Below are positions 56,970-64,000 of a stretch of 64,000 nucleotides of DNA, one piece after another. Position 1 is the first letter of the stretch. Each line of letters starts with the position of its first letter. Made by a program: the position numbers and the translations under genes. The notes under the pieces are model-generated. The model was not told the DNA's origin. It saw only the letters and a program-made list of their open reading frames with translations, and made no database searches. The DNA comes from an uncultured Bacteroidales bacterium (GTDB taxonomy: Bacteria > Bacteroidota > Bacteroidia > Bacteroidales > VadinHA17), in assembly GCA_963818295.1 (NCBI GenBank), contig CAWFRW010000021.1, positions 1,794-65,793 of the forward strand. The letters run 5' to 3'.

Positions 56970-57338
56970 TTGAAAGGTTTTAATACTGTAATTCTTCTTT
57001 TTATGTCCAATTCATTCATGACAGTCGCATGGTATGGACATCTCAGACTAAGGACTATGAGCCGGTTTGAGAATCTCAGCCTGCTGGCAGTAATACTGTT
57101 AAGCTGGGGGCTTGCATTCTTTGAGTATTCCCTCCAGGTTCCTGCAAACAGGCTCGGATACAATGGTAACGGAGGCCCATTCTCGCTTGTGGAACTGAAA
57201 GTTATACAGGAGGTAATTTCAATTACGGTATTTGCCATTTTTACCCTCCTTGTTTTCAAAACAGAACATTTCAGGCTCAATCACCTGATGGGATTTGCCT
57301 TTCTTATCCTCGCCGTATATTTTATCTTCAAGAAATAG
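56970..57338 (+). CDS. DUF486 / small DMT-family membrane protein
   Basis: Intact 122 aa. MKGFNTVILLFMSNSFMTVAWYGHLR... is a typical DUF486 N-terminus with 4 TM segments. Confidence 0.8.
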   Translation: MKGFNTVILLFMSNSFMTVAWYGHLRLRTMSRFENLSLLAVILLSWGLAFFEYSLQVPANRLGYNGNGGPFSLVELKVIQEVISITVFAIFTLLVFKTEHFRLNHLMGFAFLILAVYFIFKK

Positions 57339-57340
57339 AC

Positions 57341-57791
57341 CTATTTAACAAGGTTTGAATTATAATAGGCAGGATTGCCTGTAACCTCCTCTCCCAGCCA
57401 GTCAGGAACAATATACTCTTCATTCTCCGATCCAAGTTCAATTTCTGCAATTACAAGGCCTTCATTTTTATCATGAAATACATCAACTTCAAATGTATGC
57501 CGTCCGGCAGGAATATGATATCTTGTCTTTACCACTTTACCCGGGATACAGATCTTCATAATCTGCTGATGCATCCTCAACAGGAATCTGAAATTCCCAT
57601 TCATTTCTGGCTATCGATTCAGATGTAAGCGGAGTCTTGATTGTCAGAAATGCCTTGTCATCAGCTATTCTGAGTCTTATAGTCTTATGCGGATCTTTTA
57701 AGAGATATGCCTGTGTTATTGAGATTTCTTTTACTGCCAGATGCCTGAATTCACCTCTGACAAGGAATTTCCGTTCTGTTTCAGTTGCCAT
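57341..57791 (-). pseudogene. CYTH-domain protein (CyaB/ThTPase-like); one frame break near 57560
   Basis: MATETERKFLV (EXEXK motif) starts at 57791 within ORF 57537..57968. It continues in ORF 57341..57604 (FEVDVFHDKNEGLVIAEIEL). Confidence 0.8.
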
Positions 57792-57934
57792 TTTTATTGC
57801 AAAGTTAATAATTAACATGAATTTGATAATTACAGTCAGATGAAGATTCTTTTCATTATCAGGAGAGTCCTCACTGCGCATATATTTTACTACTTTAGCG
57901 ATATCTAAAACCCCATTAACCTTTAGAAATAAGT

Positions 57935-58580
57935 ATGGATGTAAAAATTGAAGATACCTGGAAGGCAAAACTTAAAAAGGAATTTGAAAAGGAGTACTTT
58001 ATTAAACTGACTGATTTTGTAAGGGAAGAATACAGGTCAACATCTGTTTTCCCGCCTGCATCTCTCATTTTCAACTCATTCAACCTTTGTCCGTTTGAAA
58101 ATACAAAAGCTGTTATTATCGGACAGGATCCTTATCATGGTCCGGGGCAGGCTCATGGGCTTTGCTTTTCTGTAAGAGACGGGGTTGAATTTTCCACCAA
58201 GCCTGATTAATATTTTCAAGGAGATTGAAATGGATCTGGGGATTTCAAGGCCTTCATCAGGAAATCTTGAGAGATGGGCAAGGCAGGGAGTTCTGCTTCT
58301 GAATGCTACTCTCACAGTAAGGGCTCATCTGGCAGGATCGCATCAGAGAAAAGGATGGGAACAGTTCACGGATGCAGTCATAAGCTCAATAAACAGTGAA
58401 AAGCAGAATATTGTATTCTTCCTGTGGGGGGCCTATGCCCAGAAAAAAGGTGAAACGATCGACAGGTCAAGACATCTTGTACTTGAATCTGTCCACCCCT
58501 CTCCTCTTTCCGCTTCGAGAGGTTTCTTCGGGAACCACCATTTCAGCAAATGCAACGAATATCTGAAAGTCACACTATAA
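57935..58580 (+). pseudogene. ung: Uracil-DNA glycosylase (family 1); one frame break near 58200
   Basis: Contains [21 protein letters not shown], then [11 protein letters not shown]...[11 protein letters not shown]...HPSPLSA. Confidence 0.9.
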
Positions 58581-58632
58581 AACCAATCGACTGGCAATAG
58601 AAAGCCATTAACCGCGAAGTTCACGAAGGCTT

Positions 58633-58680
58633 AACGCAAAGTTCGCAAAGGACTTATCATCAATATCTTAACTTTGCGTT
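58633..58680. terminator. 11-bp-stem hairpin between convergent genes (possible bidirectional terminator / repeat element)
   Basis: AACGCAAAGTT (58633-58643) pairs with AACTTTGCGTT (58670-58680). It is preceded by CGCGAAGTTCACGAAGGC and the direct repeat GCAAAGTTCGCAAAG. Confidence 0.4.
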
Positions 58681-58692
58681 CTTAGCTGGTTT

Positions 58693-59848
58693 TTAGCTTT
58701 TTTCAATTGTCTTCAATGCCAGTGAAATTGTTTCCTCAAGTTCTTCATATTCCTCAAATCCGACTGAGAGCCTTATCATCCCGGGTTCAGGATATTTTGC
58801 ACCCCAGACTGCTTCCACAGGCATCAGAATTGTATGCGGGTCACCAAGTGTTGGAATAAGCTTGATTTTTTCCGAGACGAGCGACACATAAACCTATCCC
58901 TGCGGCTTCTCTTTGTATCAGCATCTTTCCCGGCAAAATCAAATGTGATCATACCCCCGTATCCTTTCTCCCCGAAAAGCTTAGCCGCAATATCATGGGT
59001 TGAATGGCTCTTCAGTCCGGGATACCATACTTTCCTGATCAGCTGATTATTTTCAAGGAAACCGCGCAAGCTTAAGAGCATTGCTGCACTGACGTCCGAA
59101 CCTCAGTTTAAATGACTGGATCTGAGTATGCAGCCTGTAAGCATCATCGGGACTGAGCATATGACCGACAAATTTCCTGTATTCAATCGCCGACTGCATT
59201 ATTGCTCTGTCATTACCGCACAGTACACCGGCTGTAAGGTTCCCGTGTCCGGAGAAGTATTTGGTTGCACTGTGAATAACAATATCTGCACCCTGCCTCA
59301 AGAGGTTTGAATAGCAAGGGAGTGGCAAATGTATTATCTACAATCACCTTTGATCCGTATTTTCCTGCTATTCTGATTACTGCTGAAACATCGGCAACAA
59401 TTAGCATGGGGTTTGAAATTGTCTCGATATAGACAATTGATGGCTTCAGTTTTGAAAGGAGTTCCTCGAATGCAGTCAGATCATAGTTGCCATTGGATGC
59501 AGTGAAGTAATGAATATCTATTCCTCTTCTTGATTTCAGGACTGATTCTATAAAAGAAATTGTTCCTCCATAGATCTCAGAGAAGAAAACCCATGGTCCG
59601 GAATCCTTGCCATTTTGAAAAACAGAGGTTGCTGTATCTATAGCAGACATCCCGGTCTGAGTCAGCAGCGCCCAGTTACACTTTTCAAGCTTCATGATCT
59701 CCTCTTCGGCTGCTACAACAGTCGGGTTTCTGTAACGCGAATAGATAAACAGTTCAGGATCTCTTTCATGTTCAGTTTCGCTGTCGAAAGCAGATTTTGT
59801 AGTCGCCGCATCAAAAAGTTCAAAACCTGCATCCCTGTACACAGGCAT
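58693..59848 (-). pseudogene. Cys/Met-metabolism PLP-dependent enzyme (cystathionine gamma-synthase / methionine gamma-lyase family); at least 3 frame breaks
   Basis: ORFs 59213..59848 (YSRYRNPTV...GMSAI...VIVDNTFATP), 59053..59328 (HSATKYFSGHG; the K is the PLP lysine), 58824..59081 and 58693..58887 (IRLSVGFEEYEEL). Confidence 0.8.
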
Positions 59849-59937
59849 CCTTGCACTGTTAATCCTCTTTCTTTTTCATCTCTTTATTTGGTTTATCAAG
59901 ATTATCTTTCAATCTGTTTATATTAAGTGGCTTAAAA

Positions 59938-60637
59938 TCAATGTAGAACAAAATCCTGTTGAGCACTTCCCCAGCCAGGAACAGGCAGATCACCGCTGTT
60001 TCCTGACTGGAGATCCCTGTAACAACAGATGGTTCCGGTTATTATGAGTAAAGCAATCCTCATAAACCTCATAACAGTTAACAGGCTGTTATTATCACGC
60101 AATCTGATATTCATTGCTGAAGAGGCCAGGCTGAGAACTGCAATAAATACGAAAGGCAAGAATTTTCCCTGTAAGAAATGATATTATAAGCAACCCTGTA
60201 ATGAAAGTCTGACCGCTATGGAGGAAAACGGATTTTCGCTTATCTGAAAAAATATATACGGCATCAATTGAAAAAAGCAATATGAGTCCTGTTATCGAGC
60301 TCAGCACAATAAGTACAGGCAGCTGAAGCATACCTGTTGCCAGTGCGAGCAGCGAAAAGATAATGAATAATCCGATTTCCCTGCTTAAGGGAGAGGATCT
60401 TATATTTCATAACCGCCTTCCATGCTCTTTTCTTTTTGCCAAGGTGAAATAATGCCGCTATCCAGGCCAGTCCAGCAGACATCAATCAGGTTAATCAGAA
60501 CAGGAAAATGGCCTCTCGATAAGTGCAATTAATATTTGTGCAACTGACAATGTTGCGAGAAAGCTGAAGACAATAAGGCTCCACTCAGGAGCGGCTATCA
60601 GCCTCTTTTTCCTGTGATATGTCCGTCCAGGAATCAA
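59938..60637 (-). pseudogene. DmsC/NrfD-like polytopic membrane anchor; frameshifted; boundaries approximate
   Basis: Hydrophobic ORFs 60264..60485, 60095..60331 and 59938..60159, plus my translation (EWSLIVFSFLATLSVAQILIAL). It lies immediately downstream of the DmsB-like gene. Confidence 0.45.
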
Positions 60638-61188
60638 ATGCCGGCTCCGGAACTAATAATTGTCGGAGCAAAATTATTGCCGGTTAACAATAATGATGGT
60701 TCAAGGTTTTTATCCGGAAACCATGTGATTGTCAGCAGAAACATCCTGGTCCATTCAGTTTTCCGTACCTTAGTGCTCCTGTAGGACAGGCAGTTGCACA
60801 GGCTGGCATCAAGCTCTTCCCTGAGCCTCTGATGGCAGAGATGACATTTGCCTATAACCTGTTCCGGAAAAACATACTTTGGTGCATCGTATGGGCAATT
60901 CCACTGGCAATACCTGCAGCCTATGCACTCAGAATCATCAATAACTATCGCACCTGTTTCAGCATCTCTGTGAAATGCGGTTGCGGGACAGCCCTCCATG
61001 CATAGAGCTTTTTTGCAATGATTGCAGGCGAGTGAGAGATTAATGACAGGAAGAGATGGCACTGCCTCAGAATTATAGGTATATATCATTCTGGGCTGTA
61101 AAGTCCACCTGTTTTCAATCATACATGCAGCACTGCATGCCCCGCATGCGACGCACCTGTTATGATTGAATATAAATCCCTCATTCAT
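60634..61188 (-). pseudogene. DmsB-like 4x[4Fe-4S] electron-transfer subunit; out-and-back double frameshift near 60760-60830
   Basis: Contains CVACGACSAAC, CNHCKKALCMEGCP and CIGCRYCQWNCP. The fourth motif is visible only in the +1 frame (LMPACATACPTGALRYGKLNG). Confidence 0.8.
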
Positions 61189-61191
61189 AAT

Positions 61192-63229
61192 TTAATCTGC
61201 TTTTTCAACTTCAACCATTGTATCATGAAATGCAGCTACCATAACCAATATCCGTCGATCTGCCCTCTGTCAGAAAATTTCCGCCTCCCCCTTCTCCAAG
61301 CCATATTCCGTTTGGCAAAACAATGATCCCGTGTGGAATTCTGTTGGATATTCTTGCTGTAGGTCTTTATCTCTCCCATGCCGGTTGAAGATCCTTATCC
61401 TGTCACCATTGAATATTTTGCGGTCTTTTGCATCGGCAGGCGAGATTTCGGCAGCCGGTTCAGGGACATTTGCCTTGATTATCTTCAGATTGCCAAATTG
61501 CGAATGGATGGTTCCTGCAGCATTTGGAGTAATAAAATTCAAAGGGTATCTGCTGTCATCACTATCAATCTCAATTTTATTAAAGGAAGGAAGCGGAGAA
61601 ATGCCCCATTTACTCTGAGCCTCAAGTGAGTACAGTTCAATTTTCCCGGAAGGAGTCATGAATTTCATATCGCTATAGGCTATCTGCTGAAGACCAGGCG
61701 CCAGAACCGGGCCATTTTTCAGGTCGGAAAGAGTGAGTTCCGAATAACCTTTTATCCTTTCTTCGAGCCATTTTTCAATATTCTCATTGCCGGGTTCAGG
61801 CAACTGGCTTTGTATCGATATTCAATCCCATCCTTTTAGCCAGATGATAGTATATTTCGCTCTCCGGCATCACACTCGCCCGGAGACTTTATTATTCCGG
61901 GTTTAAAACAAACATATGGTGACCAGTATGAACCTATTATATCAGATTGTTCAAAAATATCCTTTGCAGGCAGAATTATATCTGCCATTGAGGCAGTATC
62001 AGTCATAAATTGGTCGACAACCACTATGAATTCAAGTGCTGAAAAGGCTTTTCTGACAATGATTTGAATCAGGTGATTGCAGAACCGGATTGCCTCTTTC
62101 AATCCATGCAGCCTTAAGTTCAGGTCCTGTTGTTCCGGCCATATCTCTGCCAAGATTTGTCATTGATATTGTTCGCCTGAAGGGAAAATCTTTCTCAGGA
62201 TCAGGATAATATGAAGATGGTTCCTTCAGGTCGTCAAAAATATAGCTCTGCAGGTTTGCATAATTGAATCCTGCTCCCTGCTTTCCAAGATTACCTGTCA
62301 ATACAGAAAGCAAAAGAATTGATCTTATTGTCTGTCCTCCGTTTATATGCCTTTGCAGACCGTATCCGGGAATAATTGTTACCGGACCACCTGCAGCAAT
62401 CTGATGTGCAAGATCGGTTATATTCTGTGCAGGGATGCCTGTTATTCTTTCAGCATCCTCCGGTGAAACAGGAATTGATGCTCTGAATTCTTCAAAACCT
62501 GAAACAAAGCTTTCGATAAAGTGGTGGTCAATGCAGGTCTTCCCTTATGAGCACCCAGGCTGCGGCCAGGGCCAGTGCTCCGTCAGTTCCAGGCCTTGGG
62601 CTCAGGAGAATATCAGCCTTGTCGGCAGTTGGAGTGCGGAGTGGATCAATTACAATTACCCTGCATCCTTTTTCCCTTGCTCTGGCAATAAATGCTGTTT
62701 CCTGTATATTTGTTGCTGCAGGGTTTTTGCCCCAGATTATAATTGTTTTTGCATTTTCAAGATCCCATGGGACATTATGCTTTATTTCCCCGAGAGTCAG
62801 CCGTACTGCCTCCAGACCGGCCGGCCAGCAGAGATTGCCATATGTAGTTGTGGCTCCGCCGAATCCTTTCCAGAATGAAGAACCAATATCATTTGCAAGG
62901 CCTGACATTCCGCTGCCACGGTACCAGAGTATGCTTTCCGGACCATACTCTTCTTTATCGCTGAAAGTTTTTCAGCTATTGAATCAAGTGCATCATCAGA
63001 CAGTGATCTGCTCAAAGCTTCCGGAAGGCTTTTTTCTGAGGGGATGTATTATCCTGTCGGGGGAATGTGTCCTTTCGATATAGGAAAGGCCTTTTATGCA
63101 AGGACCTTCAGGTGTGGCAAGATTTCCCGGGTATGGAAAAATACGTGTTATTGTATTGTTTTCAACCTGCACCCTGAAAGAACAGGTGCTATAGCAATTT
63201 CTGGGGCAGGCAGTTATAAATTCTTCCAT
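61192..63229 (-). pseudogene. Molybdopterin (bis-MGD) oxidoreductase catalytic subunit, DmsA/PsrA-like, with no Tat signal; several frame breaks
   Basis: The N-terminal FeS motif CPRNCYSTC follows directly after MEEFITA, and an in-frame TAA lies immediately upstream of the ATG. Pieces are 62996..63229, 62528..62908 (IIIWGKNPAATN), 62032..62313, 61836..62153 and 61270..61803. My translation of the end gives GAAFHDTMVEVEKAD, stop at 61192. Confidence 0.8.
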
Positions 63230-63311
63230 TTAATCTTCGGGAGCATCCGGGAATTATGAGAACACAAGCTGTAAAAACTGACCTGAAATATAGAAAATAA
63301 GTTCCAAAGAG

Positions 63312-64000
63312 TCAGATAATATTGAGGCTATTTAACGGAACCCAACCTTTATTTCCATCTGAAAGCCTTATTTCAAGCCACTCTCCCACTTCATCTTCGA
63401 CTGACACCTTTGTTCCTTCATGCAAAACGAACAGGTCGGTTCCGCTGCTGTCAGGCGAACTTTTTCCACTGATCATCGGAGTCGTTATTATTGCCTTATG
63501 ACTGTCATAAACAAGGTATTTATTCCTGGAAGAGAAAACAAAGGATGCAATGCAGATCACAAATAATGAGACTGCAAACCAGAATCCAATGACCTTATGA
63601 CTATATTTCGGAGAGTAGATATAGAGTGAAAGGAATAACAGCGAAAGGATAAAAGATGGTTAAGCTTATTCTTGCCCACAGGTTGGAGGATAGAAAGAGT
63701 GATACAAAATCATACCATTTCACAAAAAAGAGCTCCGGTATCTCCTGAAATCTGTCAACAGTAAGCGTACGGGCAATCTGAAGATTATAGTTGATATCTT
63801 CATCAGCAGGATTGAGAAGCGCTGCACGTTCATAAAAAAGAATTGCCTGTGGAATATTATTAAGTTTAAAATATGCATTTCCAATGTTATAGCAGAGGCT
63901 TGCGGAACGGTAGCCTGTATTATAGACCTCAGTCCAGGACTGGAGAGCTTCCTTATAACTTCCGGTGGAAAAGTAGGTTACTCCCTGGTTAAATTTTGTG
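63312..64000 (-). pseudogene. BatE-like TPR + TM + SH3 protein; 5' end outside the window; frame break near 63650
   Basis: The C-terminal SH3-like segment is GEWLEIRLSDGNKGWVPLNSLNII. My translation upstream gives TPR repeats (YNIGNAYFKLNNIPQAILFYERAALLNPADEDI). Confidence 0.6.

Overview
This is a Bacteroidota-style chromosomal segment. The evidence is T9SS C-terminal sorting domains, a sulfatase array, an L-rhamnose utilisation locus with a GH78 rhamnosidase, and a BatE-like TPR/SH3 gene. I recognise about 50 genes. I found no rRNA, tRNA, CRISPR array, integrase or transposase.

Two things dominate the window.

(1) Redox / beta-propeller cluster. An 18.7 kb, 15-gene, single-strand, tightly packed cluster spans 8155-26910, with a convergent paralog at 27014-28372. 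It interleaves six paralogous PQQ-like (BamB-like) beta-propeller proteins and one NHL propeller with an apparently complete heme-free redox chain:
- a fused NuoE-NuoF flavoprotein
- a 2Fe-2S/4Fe-4S protein
- a NapH-like membrane polyferredoxin
- a Tat-exported NapG-like 4x[4Fe-4S] ferredoxin
- a tiny Cys-rich membrane protein

A GT4 glycosyltransferase and an ABC/giant-FtsX exporter follow. I do not recognise this architecture as any characterised system, and it is my best candidate for something new.

(2) Frameshifts. A large fraction of genes are broken by +/-1 frameshifts. The breaks I traced sit at short mononucleotide runs and I saw no nonsense substitutions. Their density is strongly non-uniform: none in 4558-9411 or 21647-28372, but one every few hundred bp in 1-4.5 kb and 28.4-64 kb. 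This could be indel sequencing error with uneven polishing, or real selective decay.

Other loci worth noting:
- a CotH / VTC / DUF4956 / DUF2490 / LTD cluster
- a KamA (lysine 2,3-aminomutase) gene with two tandem Ddl-like ATP-grasp ligases
- a Tat-less DmsABC-like molybdoenzyme operon
- a T9SS surface protein with seven tandem Big_2 repeats
- several GC-rich palindromic intergenic elements

All product calls come from reading motifs in the supplied translations and my own translations. No database search was run.
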